Positions 49,354 through 59,598 of a stretch of DNA of 64,000 nucleotides are shown piece by piece. The notes under the pieces are model-generated. The model saw only the letters and a list, made by a program, of their open reading frames with translations. It was not told the origin of the DNA and did no database searches. The stretch comes from a virus. Position 1 is the first letter of the stretch; every line of letters begins with the position of its first letter. The stretch lies in the IMG/VR virus record IMGVR_UViG_3300028800_000081, positions 1 through 64,000 of that record; one strand, given 5' to 3'. The position numbers and the translations under genes are program-made.

Positions 49354-49895
49354 CAGTCACGCACGCCAACGGGTCCAAGCCCAAAAAGCCGCAAGACCAT
49401 CTCCGCTGGTACGTGGTGCGCACGGAATCCCGCCGGGAGAAGCGCGCGGCGCTCGAGATCGAAGCCATGGGCGTCACGGTCTTTCTCCCTCTGCACTACG
49501 AATTCGTGAAAGACGGCAAGTGGTACAAGCCGGAGGCGCGAGGCCCGCTGTTCCCCAGATATATCTTCATCATGGCCCGGCAGCGATCGCCCTGGGGAAA
49601 GATCCGCGACGCCCGCGGCGTCGAGCGCGTGATCTGCAAGACAGACGGCACGCCGGTCCCCGTACCCTACCGGCAAATGCGCTTCATCCGCACCCGTCAC
49701 AAGCGAGGCGAGAAGAAACGCATCGAGCCTAAATTCAAGCAGGGCCAGCGGGTCCGCGTGACAAACGGCCCATTCGAAAGCTTCGAAGGCACATTCGACG
49801 GCTCGGCACAGAACCGCGTCAAGGTGCTGCTCAGCATCTTCGGACGCGAGACTGAGGTCCAGATACCCGAAACAGATTTGCGAGGCGTGGCGTGA
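49350..49895 (+). CDS. NusG/RfaH-family antiterminator (likely late-gene regulator)
   Basis: WYVVRT, PLFPRYIF, KOW motif GQRVRVTNGPFESFEG. Confidence 0.88.
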   Translation: MTVTHANGSKPKKPQDHLRWYVVRTESRREKRAALEIEAMGVTVFLPLHYEFVKDGKWYKPEARGPLFPRYIFIMARQRSPWGKIRDARGVERVICKTDGTPVPVPYRQMRFIRTRHKRGEKKRIEPKFKQGQRVRVTNGPFESFEGTFDGSAQNRVKVLLSIFGRETEVQIPETDLRGVA

Positions 49896-50308
49896 GGAAC
49901 AAGGAACGCGCTGCAAAGGTGAACGCATGAGCGAGAAGACGACATGGAAGCGATGGCACGAGGGAGCCAATCCGCAGCTTGACGCGATAGTGTTGCGGCG
50001 GTTCGGGAGCGACCATGACAAGCCGTGCCACAATCCAGAAATGCTCACATGCGCGCTATGGTCCTGCCAAGTCCATGATCGCTGCCGTTTGTCCCCCACC
50101 CCCGACCAGAAGGCGGCACAATGAGCGAGAAAACATTTATGTGCCCAGATTGTCGCAAGCCCAATGCGATAACGGCCAGACAGAAAGCCGCTCATAATCA
50201 TTGCGACGAATGCACGGAATCGTGCCGACGCATGATGGAGCCTGCATCTCACGTCGTTCTGACCTTCACTGGCATGCCCGTGTTCCGGCGTGAATTTCCG
50301 ACATCGCC

Positions 50309-50701
50309 ATGACCCAATCGACCACAGAGAAATGCGCCAGAGCGTTGGCTGAGGCTGATGTCCGAAGCAAGGTTCCGGCTTTGTGGGATGATGCTGTGCG
50401 CCGCCATGTCGATGCAAATTGGCGCGACTACATCCCCCAGGTTCGGACGGTTTTCCAGAACGCGCGGGAGCCTACGGAGGCGATGTGGGGCGGGCTCGCG
50501 CGGCAAATCGTATTCTGGCAACGCGGAGGGCCGGGACAGACTGGGGCGTCTCTCTATCGCTTCCTAGAGCCTGTCGGGTTCGAAGCGCCGGAATGGCTCA
50601 GAAAGGAAATTCCAGACGACAATCGCGTCCCGCCAAAAGGTACGATTGCCGCCGTAATCTGGCAAGCCATGCTAGACGAGATCATGAAGGAGGAGCCATG
50701 A
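50309..50701 (+). CDS. Hypothetical phage protein
   Basis: REPTEAM motif; operon packing. Confidence 0.55.
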   Translation: MTQSTTEKCARALAEADVRSKVPALWDDAVRRHVDANWRDYIPQVRTVFQNAREPTEAMWGGLARQIVFWQRGGPGQTGASLYRFLEPVGFEAPEWLRKEIPDDNRVPPKGTIAAVIWQAMLDEIMKEEP

Positions 50702-51248
50702 CCGACATGGTGGAGCGAGCTATGCGCGCGGCCCTTGATGCTTCGGGATACACCTCAGAAGGAGATAGGGCAGCGATTCTTTCTGGAAAACTTCACGGCA
50801 TTTTCAGCCTTCCAGTCATCATTCGCGCCGCAATCCAAGCCATGCGCGAGCCGACCCATGAAATGTGTAGAGCCGGAGAGCGCCAAGCCTTCAATTCGGC
50901 GGGACCAGATGTTCATTCCGGGGAGGCTGGCGACATTTGGCGCGATATGCTCGACGCCGCCCTCTCCACCCCACCTATTGACAAGGACACAAAATCGTAG
51001 GATTTCTCCTGCGTCGAACCGCTGGGGGCGTTCCGCCACCCACTCCGTAGGGGTCTCCAAAACCGGAGCAGTTCTGCCCCTCGAAAACCCAATAAAATCA
51101 GCACTTTCTGAGCAATAAAGGGTCAAGCGGTTACGACCGCGACACCCGGCCCGAATCCCCTGCAATCCGTAGCACCTTGGCCGGGCAGTTTGACGACCGC
51201 GTATACACTCCTTGCCATCGCCTCGGCAGTCCGCGTATACAGATCGGC

Positions 51249-51593
51249 ATGAAGGCCGTGAAGTGCAAAACGTGTGGCAAAGAGGAATGGCGGCATACTT
51301 GCGGCCCTGGCGCTCCGCCTCTCGCAACGCTCGCCCTCGGAACGCCTATTGCCTTCATCGCGTCTGCTACGAACACCGGCCCCTCAACGACCCAAGGCCG
51401 AGGCGGAAAAGCCGTCACGCTCAAACACCCTGACGGCTCGGCACTGAAAGCCGGAGACATCGCGCAAGGTGATATCATGACGGTCGATAAGGCGACCGGC
51501 ATCGTCAAATCCAGTCTGAGCCGCAAGGAATACCTGAAGCTCAAAGCCCGTGACCGTCGCGCTCGCGTGAAAGCGCAGAAGCAGACGGCTTAA
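51249..51593 (+). CDS. Small Zn-finger/basic protein
   Basis: CKTC..H.C; basic C-terminal helix. Confidence 0.55.
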   Translation: MKAVKCKTCGKEEWRHTCGPGAPPLATLALGTPIAFIASATNTGPSTTQGRGGKAVTLKHPDGSALKAGDIAQGDIMTVDKATGIVKSSLSRKEYLKLKARDRRARVKAQKQTA

Positions 51594-51614
51594 CCCACCA
51601 CAAAGGTCAATCGT

Positions 51615-52187
51615 ATGGCGCGTGCCGCCAAGCCGAAGAAGGCCGCGCGCTCACTTCCCCCAGCCGGCCCACCGCGGAAACGTGGAAGACCATCTGGCTA
51701 CAGGGCCGAATTCGCCGCTCAAGCGCGAGAGATGTGCGAAGGAGGCGCCACCGATTTCGAGGTCGCGCGCGCACTCGGCACAACGGATCGAAACCTCTAT
51801 CGCTGGGCGATTGAATATCCAGAATTTCGTCAGGCCCTAAAACTTGGCAAGGACGGCCCCGACGATCGCGTGGTGCGCAGCCTGTTCGAGAAGGCCACTG
51901 GCTACCGGATCATCACCGAGAAAATCTTCCTTCAGGCCGGCTCACGTGAGCCCATCCGCGTCCCATTCATCGAGCATGTTGCGCCTGACACAACGGCTTG
52001 CATCTTTTGGCTCAAGAATCGTCGCGTCTTGGAGTGGCGCGACAGACAGGCGACCACGACGGAAGACGGCGACGAAACGGTGACGATCAAGGTCGAGGGT
52101 GGATTGCCGGCAGAGATCGAGGCGCCTGTAGCCCCTACGGTGCCGGCGGATGTAGACCCTACACCGGACGACAATGCCGGTTCTTAG
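51615..52187 (+). CDS. terS: Terminase small subunit
   Basis: GRPSGY HTH; PDTTACIFWLKNR. Confidence 0.88.
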   Translation: MARAAKPKKAARSLPPAGPPRKRGRPSGYRAEFAAQAREMCEGGATDFEVARALGTTDRNLYRWAIEYPEFRQALKLGKDGPDDRVVRSLFEKATGYRIITEKIFLQAGSREPIRVPFIEHVAPDTTACIFWLKNRRVLEWRDRQATTTEDGDETVTIKVEGGLPAEIEAPVAPTVPADVDPTPDDNAGS

Positions 52188-53499
52188 GGTCACGCTTCCG
52201 ACGCTGCACGCCGATCAGGTACGGGCGTGGCGGTTGCCCGGAAAGCGCAAGGCCGTCAGATGCGGGCGTCGTTGGGGTAAGTCTCTCCTCGGAGAAACGA
52301 TTGCCGGAGACGGCGCGGTCAAGGGTGAGCTCGTCGGATGGTTTGCTCCGACGTATCGCTATCTCTCCGAGCCCTACAACGACCTCGTCGAGATTCTTCA
52401 GGGCGTGCTGCAACGATCATCGAAAAACGAGGGCGTGATTCGCACGCTGACAAAGGGCCAGATTGATTTCTGGACCATGGACGACGAGCGCTGCGGGCGC
52501 GGCCGCAAGTATCACAAGATCATCATCGACGAGGCGGCGTTCAACAAACCGAACGCACGGCAAATCTGGGAGCAGTCTATCGAGCCAACGTTGCTCGACT
52601 ATTCCGGCACCGCCTATGTGCTGAGCAACACGAAAGGCAATTCGCCGGAGAACTTCTTCTGGCAGGTCTGCAACGATCCAAGCCTGCACTTCCTCGAGCA
52701 CCACGCCCCCACGATGAGTAACCCGCTTGTGCCGCTACGGCTCAAGGGCGAAGACGAGATCACCTACCAGGAACGCCGTCTAACGGTGTTTGAGAAGCTC
52801 AAGGCCGACAATCATCCGCTGGTGTATCAGCAGGAATATCTTGCCGAGTTCGTCGACTTCTCCGGCGAGGCATTCTTCGCGTTGGACAAATTGCTGATCG
52901 ACGGCAAGCCGGCACCGAAGCCGAGATACTGCGACACCGTCTTTGCCGTATTGGACACGGCGGTCAAAACAGGAACTGCAAACGACGGAACGGCCGTCAC
53001 GTATTGCGCGGTCATCCGCCACGTTCTGCCATACGAACTCATCATCCTCGATTGGGACATCGTCCAGATTGAGGGCGCGATGCTCGAAACGTGGCTCCCC
53101 AGCGTCTTCAAACGGCTCGAGGAATTGTCCGCAGAGTATGGCGCGCGCCGGGGTTCCATGGGCGCCTTCATTGAAGACGCGGCAAGCGGGACGATCTTGC
53201 TCCAGCAATCGGCGCGACACGGATGGCCGGCGCGCGCGATCGATTCCGAACTCACTGCGGCCGGCAAGGATGGGCGCGGAATTTCGGTCTCGGGCTACGT
53301 GTATCGCGGCCTCGTGAAGTTTTCCGAGCACGCCTACAACAAGACCAAGGCCTACAAGGGCGTGACGCGCAATCATCTCGTGAGCCAGGTTGTCGAGTTC
53401 CGGGTTGGCGACAAGGACGCGGCGAAGCGCGCGGACGATTTATTAGACGCGTTCGTCTATAGTGTGGCGCTGTCACTCGGAAACGCTGAAGGCTACTGA
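52174..53499 (+). CDS. terL: Terminase large subunit
   Basis: CGRRWGKS, IIIDEAAF, QEYLAEF, DDLLDA. Confidence 0.93.
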   Translation: MPVLRVTLPTLHADQVRAWRLPGKRKAVRCGRRWGKSLLGETIAGDGAVKGELVGWFAPTYRYLSEPYNDLVEILQGVLQRSSKNEGVIRTLTKGQIDFWTMDDERCGRGRKYHKIIIDEAAFNKPNARQIWEQSIEPTLLDYSGTAYVLSNTKGNSPENFFWQVCNDPSLHFLEHHAPTMSNPLVPLRLKGEDEITYQERRLTVFEKLKADNHPLVYQQEYLAEFVDFSGEAFFALDKLLIDGKPAPKPRYCDTVFAVLDTAVKTGTANDGTAVTYCAVIRHVLPYELIILDWDIVQIEGAMLETWLPSVFKRLEELSAEYGARRGSMGAFIEDAASGTILLQQSARHGWPARAIDSELTAAGKDGRGISVSGYVYRGLVKFSEHAYNKTKAYKGVTRNHLVSQVVEFRVGDKDAAKRADDLLDAFVYSVALSLGNAEGY

Positions 53500-55044
53500 A
53501 TGGGCCAGGTGACGGTTTACAGTGCGGACAACGGGCCGCTCCCGGGCTCATGCCTTGGAACGCCGTTGACGCAAATCCTCAACAGCGAGGATGCGCTTCC
53601 GGGCAGTGATGCGTCGTACGAGCTCGCAAAATTGCTCTACGTCTATCATCCGCTGGGCGACAAGATTGCGCGAAAGCCTATCGAACTCGCGCAGTCGCAA
53701 TCCCGGGAAATCACCATCCCGGATTCTCCCGAGGAGCACGTCAAGAAGGCGTTCATCGACCAGTGGACGGCGGACAAGGTCGACGAGGTCATTTCGAACC
53801 TGATGACGCTTGCCCGCGTCTATGGGCTTGCGACAGTTGGCGTGCTGACCCGGGGCGACAACGCCAACACGGCGCTCGACTACAAGACGCTCTGGGAAAA
53901 GGAAATCGCGTACAACGTTTGGGATCCGTTGAACACGGCTGGCAGCATTGTGCTCAACCAGGATCCGAACGCCATGGATTTCCTGAAGCCGCAAAGCGTC
54001 ACGGTGTCGGGCACCGCGTATCACCGCTCTCGCACCTGCGTGGCGATGAACGAGAAGCCGATCTACATCCAGTACACGACGTCCGCCTACGGGTATGTCG
54101 GCCGCTCCGCGTATCAGCGCTGCCTCTTCCCGCTGAAATCCTTCATCCAGTCTATGCAAACCGACGATCTCGTGACGCTGAAGGCCGGCGTGCTGGTCGC
54201 AAAGCTCAAGCCAGCGGGATCGATCGTCGACAACATCATGGCGTATTTCGCCGGGCAGAAGCGCCAGCTCATCCGTGAAGCGCAGAATTACAACGTCATC
54301 TCCATCAATGCGCCGGACGAAGCGATTGAGTCGCTCAACCTGCAGAACCTGGACGGCGCATCGAAGAACGCGCGCGACAACATCCTGAAGAACATCGCCA
54401 TGGGCGCCGACATGCCGGCGCTGGTGCTGAACGAGGAAACCTTTGTCGACGGCTTCGGCGAGGGCACGGAAGACGCCAACAAGATCGCCCGCTTCGTCGA
54501 TCGCATCCGCCTCCAGATGTCAGGCGTCTATGCGTTTCACGACAACATCACCCAGTATCGGGCGTGGAACCCGGATTTCTATGCAGGGCTGCAGAACGAG
54601 TTCCCGGCTTGGCGCAGCGTCCCTTTCGACGTGGCGTTCAATCGCTTCCGCAATTCCTTTGCAGCCGTGTGGCCGAACTTCCTGCAAGAGCCGGATAGCG
54701 AAAAGGTCAAGATCGAGGACGTAAAGCTCAAAGCCGTGATCGCCATCGTGGAAATCCTCACCCCGGCGCTGGACCCGAACAATAAAGCCGCCCTGTTCCA
54801 GTGGGCGTGCGACTGCTTCAACGAAAACAAGCTGCTCTTTCCCTCTCCACTCGACCTCGAATTCGACGACGAGTTCATGGCGTTTGCCGAGGAATCGGCT
54901 GCGCAACTCAAGGAACCGGAACCGTCCAAGCCCTTCGCCGCCAATGACGCGCAGCGGATGCTGAGCGAGGCTGTAGCCCGGCTACCTGATCGTGATCCCA
55001 GGCGCCGGCGCGTGGCGGACCTCGTCAAGCTCGTGAATGCATGA
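53500..55044 (+). CDS. Portal protein (DUF1073-like)
   Basis: 514 aa directly after terL; ARVYG, GFGEGTED. Confidence 0.85.
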   Translation: MGQVTVYSADNGPLPGSCLGTPLTQILNSEDALPGSDASYELAKLLYVYHPLGDKIARKPIELAQSQSREITIPDSPEEHVKKAFIDQWTADKVDEVISNLMTLARVYGLATVGVLTRGDNANTALDYKTLWEKEIAYNVWDPLNTAGSIVLNQDPNAMDFLKPQSVTVSGTAYHRSRTCVAMNEKPIYIQYTTSAYGYVGRSAYQRCLFPLKSFIQSMQTDDLVTLKAGVLVAKLKPAGSIVDNIMAYFAGQKRQLIREAQNYNVISINAPDEAIESLNLQNLDGASKNARDNILKNIAMGADMPALVLNEETFVDGFGEGTEDANKIARFVDRIRLQMSGVYAFHDNITQYRAWNPDFYAGLQNEFPAWRSVPFDVAFNRFRNSFAAVWPNFLQEPDSEKVKIEDVKLKAVIAIVEILTPALDPNNKAALFQWACDCFNENKLLFPSPLDLEFDDEFMAFAEESAAQLKEPEPSKPFAANDAQRMLSEAVARLPDRDPRRRRVADLVKLVNA

Positions 55045-55264
55045 GCCACCTTGACCGCGACATGGAGGCATCAGTCCGCGCCATGGATGCGGGCCGCCTG
55101 CGATACGGCGCGCTGTCCGAGCAATTCCAGGCCGAGTGCATGGCTGGCAACTGGCCGGCAACGGAGCGCCTGCGGTTCGAAGTCGTAACGGCCGTTGAAG
55201 GATATCTGGACGCCATGGCCGCCGCGTATCGCAGGATGGAGATCGCCAAAGCGACGCAGGGCCG

Positions 55265-56086
55265 ATGACCACCCGGGCCTACAACGACATCCTGTCCGAA
55301 GCGATCGAGGACATTTCGCTCAACGGGTATGACACCCCAGACCGTATCGCCTACTGGACCGAACGCCTCCGGATCGCTGCCGAAGAGCAGGCCCGCAAGC
55401 CGGACGAAATGGAGCGGATGCTTCAGGAGGCGATGCGGGCCATCTACACGCGCCTCGTCGAAAAGGGCAAAGCGCTTCAGTATCACCAAGGCATTGCGCG
55501 CTTCACGCTTGAGAAGGTGCGGCCGGAACTCAGGGGCGAACTTGATCGCCGTATACTGGCTGCCGCTGACCTCATCAGGCTCAACCGCACCGAGGCCATT
55601 CGCAATACCCTGCACAGGTTTCAAGGATGGGCAACGAGCATACCGCGTGGAGGATTGGCGGACGTTGACCGGGGCAAGGTGAAATCCGACCTCAAAAAGC
55701 CTATGCAGCGCCTCCCCTACTCGGAGAGATTCGTACTTACGGATCAGGCCCACAAACTCAGGGCGTCCATTTCGGAAGTCTTGGCTCAGGACGGTGGAGC
55801 GCTAGGAGGCATCTGGCACTCGAACTGGCGCCAGAGTGGATACCAGGCGCGCATCACGCACAAGGAACGCGACCTCAACTTCTACACGATGCGAGACAAC
55901 TGGGCGATCCGCGCAGGGCTGATGAAAGTTGGGCCATACGGGTACTACGACGATATCACGCCGGTCGCATTCGAGCCCAATTGCAGATGCTTCATGCAGT
56001 GGCGCTACTCACTTCGGGCTATCCCGCCGGAGCAATTGACGGTAAAAGGAAGGGCCGAACTTGATCGCGTGCGAGTCGCAGCTTGA
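55265..56086 (+). CDS. Head morphogenesis protein (MuF-like)
   Basis: RITHKERD, EPNCRC. Confidence 0.85.
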   Translation: MTTRAYNDILSEAIEDISLNGYDTPDRIAYWTERLRIAAEEQARKPDEMERMLQEAMRAIYTRLVEKGKALQYHQGIARFTLEKVRPELRGELDRRILAAADLIRLNRTEAIRNTLHRFQGWATSIPRGGLADVDRGKVKSDLKKPMQRLPYSERFVLTDQAHKLRASISEVLAQDGGALGGIWHSNWRQSGYQARITHKERDLNFYTMRDNWAIRAGLMKVGPYGYYDDITPVAFEPNCRCFMQWRYSLRAIPPEQLTVKGRAELDRVRVAA

Positions 56087-56862
56087 TCGAAAAGACAGAT
56101 TTCTACGTCTACGTCTATTTCAGATTGGATGGGTCTCCCTGCTATGTGGGGAAGGGGCGCGGAGAGCGGTGGCTCGTTCATGAACGGCAAGAGTCGCACA
56201 ACCAGCATTTTAACCGCATCATTTCAAAGGCCGGCGCGTCTCTGCCTAAAGTAAAGACCCGCGAAGGCCTGACAAACGCCGCAGCGATCGAAACGGAAAT
56301 AGCTCTTATAGCCGCGATTGGGCGAGCCGACCTCGGGTCCGGTCCGCTGGTAAATCACACCATTGGTGGCGATGGATCGCGGGGCCATATTCACACTATG
56401 TCAGCATCTTCCCGCAGGAAGCTAAGTGCTGCAAAAATGGGCCACGCGGTATCCAAAGAAACTCGGGAAAAGATATCGCGCGCCCTTCGCGGTAGATCAC
56501 TCTCGTCAGAGCACAAGGAAAAAGTCAGCGCCGGCATAAAAGCGTCCGGCAAGGCTGCGGCGCATATCCTTGATCTTGCAAATCAGTGTCGCGGCAAGCG
56601 TTTGTCGCAAGAGCACTGCGAGAAAGTGCGGCTAGCTAATATCGGAAAGAATCGGTCTCCAGAAGCGCGCGCGGCAATGAGTGAGGCTCAGCGCCGCAGA
56701 AAGCATGGTCCGATGTCTCCTGAGGCGCTCGCGCGGCGTCGCGAAAAGACGAAGCATCACACCAAGAGCCCTGAGACGAGAGCGCGAATAAGTGCGGCAG
56801 CAAAGGCGCAGCACGCTAGAGCGAGGGCCGAACGTGAACGCGACCGACCAACTCTCCTCTGA
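56083..56862 (+). CDS. GIY-YIG-like homing endonuclease with NUMOD3 repeats
   Basis: YVYVY..YVGKG; LVNHTIGGDG; repeated SxETREKIS-like units. Confidence 0.85.
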   Translation: MIEKTDFYVYVYFRLDGSPCYVGKGRGERWLVHERQESHNQHFNRIISKAGASLPKVKTREGLTNAAAIETEIALIAAIGRADLGSGPLVNHTIGGDGSRGHIHTMSASSRRKLSAAKMGHAVSKETREKISRALRGRSLSSEHKEKVSAGIKASGKAAAHILDLANQCRGKRLSQEHCEKVRLANIGKNRSPEARAAMSEAQRRRKHGPMSPEALARRREKTKHHTKSPETRARISAAAKAQHARARAERERDRPTLL

Positions 56863-57416
56863 TATTCAGGCCGTTTACGACAGCGTCGTTTCGGAGATGC
56901 GCGTTGCTCTCGGGCGAGAACTTACGATCCCTGAAACAGTAGAAGCATTTCAAGCCAGCCGGGAGCGCATCGCGCGCACCATCCAGTGCGCGACGATCGA
57001 AACGGCAGGGCCTCGAAACTGAGGACCGCATGAGCAACCATCCGACCGTCAAACCCTTCACCGGAACATCCGAAGCAGCACTGTCGATCCTGTGCCGCGT
57101 TGAGTGCGTGGACGGCAAGATCGTGCGCTGCATCCCGATCCACGACGTGAGGATCATGGAGCAGGAAGTCGCGGGCCGCAAAACCGTGTTCGCCTCGTCA
57201 AAGTCGCAGAGTTGAGGGCAGCATGAACGCGAGCAAGCTCGACGCTGCACTGGCGAAGTGCGATGCGATTGTGAGCCGCTCTGATGCCAGCAAAAGCGTT
57301 GCGCTACTGTCACCAGAGGAATTGCGCCGCCTGAAATACGATCCCCTGACGACGCACGTCGGGGCTACATCGTCAAAAAAGTACTGGCACCCGCAATACG
57401 GTTATTTTGAAATCCC

Positions 57417-58502
57417 ATGATCCGAGCCGCAGGCATTCTCTTCCTCACCCCGGACAATAAATGCCTCTTCCTGCAGCGCGGACCCGGCGGCGATCACCCA
57501 AACGAATGGTGCTTCCCCGGCGGGCAGACGGAAGCGGAAGAGACCGCGGAGCAAACCGCAACCCGTGAGGCGCTTGAAGAAGTCGGCGTGATGCCGCAAG
57601 GCTCGCGCACGCTGTTGACGCGCTCGGTATCGCAGCCCGTGGTGGGCATGGAGCCGGCGCAGGAACCCGTAGACTTCTCCACGTTCCTGCAAAAGATCGA
57701 CGCGCGTTTCGAGCCGACAATCTCCGATGAAAGCGTGGGCTTCGCCTGGGCGCCGGTGGATCAACCACCTGAACCGCTTCACCCGGGATGCAGAATTGCG
57801 CTGAAGAGATTGAATTGGCATGAGCTCGATGTGGCCCGCGCCATGGCGGCCGGAGAACTCACCAGCCCGCAGCGGTACATCAACGTCACGCTGTTCGACA
57901 TTCGCATCACCGGGACCGGCGTTGCCTACCGCGGAGCATTCCGAAAAGACGGCAAGATTGTTCGTCGCGAAGAGTATGTGTTTCGCGACCCCGCGATATT
58001 TCTCAACGACGATTTTGTACAGCGCTGCAACGGCCTCACGGTTATCCTCATTCACCCCGAGAAGGCGCTGCTCGATTCCAAGGAATTCGGCGACCGCACG
58101 ATAGGCTCCATCCTGCTGCCCTATGTCAAAGGCGACGAAGTGTGGGGCATTGCGAAGATTTACGACGACGACGCAATCAATCTCATGACCTACGGAGAGT
58201 CGTCTACCTCGCCGGGCGTGTTGATCGGAAGCGAAGCCGACCAGCGCATCACTCTCGCGGACGGCAAACCGGTTTTGATCGAAGGTTCTCCGAAACTCAT
58301 CGACCACCTCGCAGTCCTGCCAAACGCTCCGGGCGTATGGGATAAAAAATTGGGCCTCAAAGGTGTTGTTTCTTCTGAAGTGCGCGCAGACAAAGAGATA
58401 TGCGAAGTTTGTGTTGTAGTACCCAACAAATTGGATATTGCAATCGGGAAGATGCGAGACATGCAATTCAGGAATCGCATCGCCGAACTTATAGCGCGCT
58501 AA
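57417..58502 (+). CDS. NUDIX hydrolase fused to a DUF2213-like prohead protease
   Basis: Nudix box GGQTEAEETAEQTATREALEEVG; HP, STSPG, DHLAV. Confidence 0.8.
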   Translation: MIRAAGILFLTPDNKCLFLQRGPGGDHPNEWCFPGGQTEAEETAEQTATREALEEVGVMPQGSRTLLTRSVSQPVVGMEPAQEPVDFSTFLQKIDARFEPTISDESVGFAWAPVDQPPEPLHPGCRIALKRLNWHELDVARAMAAGELTSPQRYINVTLFDIRITGTGVAYRGAFRKDGKIVRREEYVFRDPAIFLNDDFVQRCNGLTVILIHPEKALLDSKEFGDRTIGSILLPYVKGDEVWGIAKIYDDDAINLMTYGESSTSPGVLIGSEADQRITLADGKPVLIEGSPKLIDHLAVLPNAPGVWDKKLGLKGVVSSEVRADKEICEVCVVVPNKLDIAIGKMRDMQFRNRIAELIAR

Positions 58503-58641
58503 CAATCTTCCTGTTTTTGATCAAATTATCTTTGGCCCACAGTGTTTGGGACTTCATTCCTAGCCGCCTCTCCAGCCGCTCCCGCAAGGCCTGGATCTTT
58601 CAAGGCATGTCCAACTGCGGGTTTCCCCGATAGGAGCCACC

Positions 58642-59547
58642 ATGGCCGCCGAAACTGAAGAAGAGAAGAAGGCTCGCGAGGACGCCGCGAAGGCCGATGC
58701 AGCGCGTGCTGACGAAAAGCTGGACCTTCTGTTGAAGGGCCTCGATAGCGTGAAGTCGATGTGCGATGCGGTGACGCAACGCATGGACGCCGTCGAAGCC
58801 AAGGCCGATGCAGCGGTGAAAGCCGATGCGGCGCGCAAGGACGCGGAATCCGAGAAGGAAAAGGAAGCCGAGGCCGAGAAAGAGAAGGCCAAGGCGGATC
58901 GCGCCAAGAAGGACGGCGAGTCCGAAGAGGCCTATGCCGACCGTATCGACTCGATGCGCAAGGACGGCGAATCCGAGGAAGGCTTCAAGGAGCGCATGGC
59001 GGCCAAGGCGGACAAAAAGAAGAAGGCCGACGCGGAAGAGGAAGATGCCAAAAAGAAGGCCGATGCCGATCTCGCGTCCCTCACCAGCCAGGTGAACGAT
59101 CTCGCGTCCCGCATGCCGGTCGTGCGCACCGACGAAGACCTCGCGACCCTGGCGGACATTCAGTCCCGCGCCGATCATGTCGCACTCGCCTTTGGAGAAC
59201 GCGCTCGCCCGCCGATGATTGGCGAGACCCCGCAGGCCTACCGCCGCGCCATGGCGACGAAGTTCAAGTCCCACAGCACGAAATGGAAAGATTTCGATCT
59301 TGCCAAGGCGGATTCTGGCTTGCTCGAGATCATCGAGGCGGACGTCTACAAGGACGCGGCCGCGGCTGCTTCCAGCCCTGCAGCGCTTCCCGCCAATACC
59401 ATTCGGGCGCGCGAGCGCACGTCCGCGGGCGGACACAAGATCACGGAGTTCGTTGGCAATACGTCCTTCGTGCGCCAGTTCTCCCGGCCATCCCGCCGGC
59501 TGATCGGCATGCCGGGGCTCGAACAGCGCGCCGGTCGCGCGCGCTAA
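58642..59547 (+). CDS. Scaffolding protein
   Basis: Highly charged K/E/D/A helix; AGGAG SD. Confidence 0.7.
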   Translation: MAAETEEEKKAREDAAKADAARADEKLDLLLKGLDSVKSMCDAVTQRMDAVEAKADAAVKADAARKDAESEKEKEAEAEKEKAKADRAKKDGESEEAYADRIDSMRKDGESEEGFKERMAAKADKKKKADAEEEDAKKKADADLASLTSQVNDLASRMPVVRTDEDLATLADIQSRADHVALAFGERARPPMIGETPQAYRRAMATKFKSHSTKWKDFDLAKADSGLLEIIEADVYKDAAAAASSPAALPANTIRARERTSAGGHKITEFVGNTSFVRQFSRPSRRLIGMPGLEQRAGRAR

Positions 59548-59598
59548 TCCGCGCACGCTGTTCCACCCCACCCCTAGACCAAACGAGGAATCACCCAA

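Noticed and set aside
50978-51006. Sigma70 late promoter
   Set aside because: TTGACA is present but the candidate -10 TAGGAT is only 14 nt away
53500-55044. Anti-CBASS Acb1 function for the DUF1073 protein
   Set aside because: Position and size fit a portal; no paired HxT/S phosphoesterase motifs were recognised
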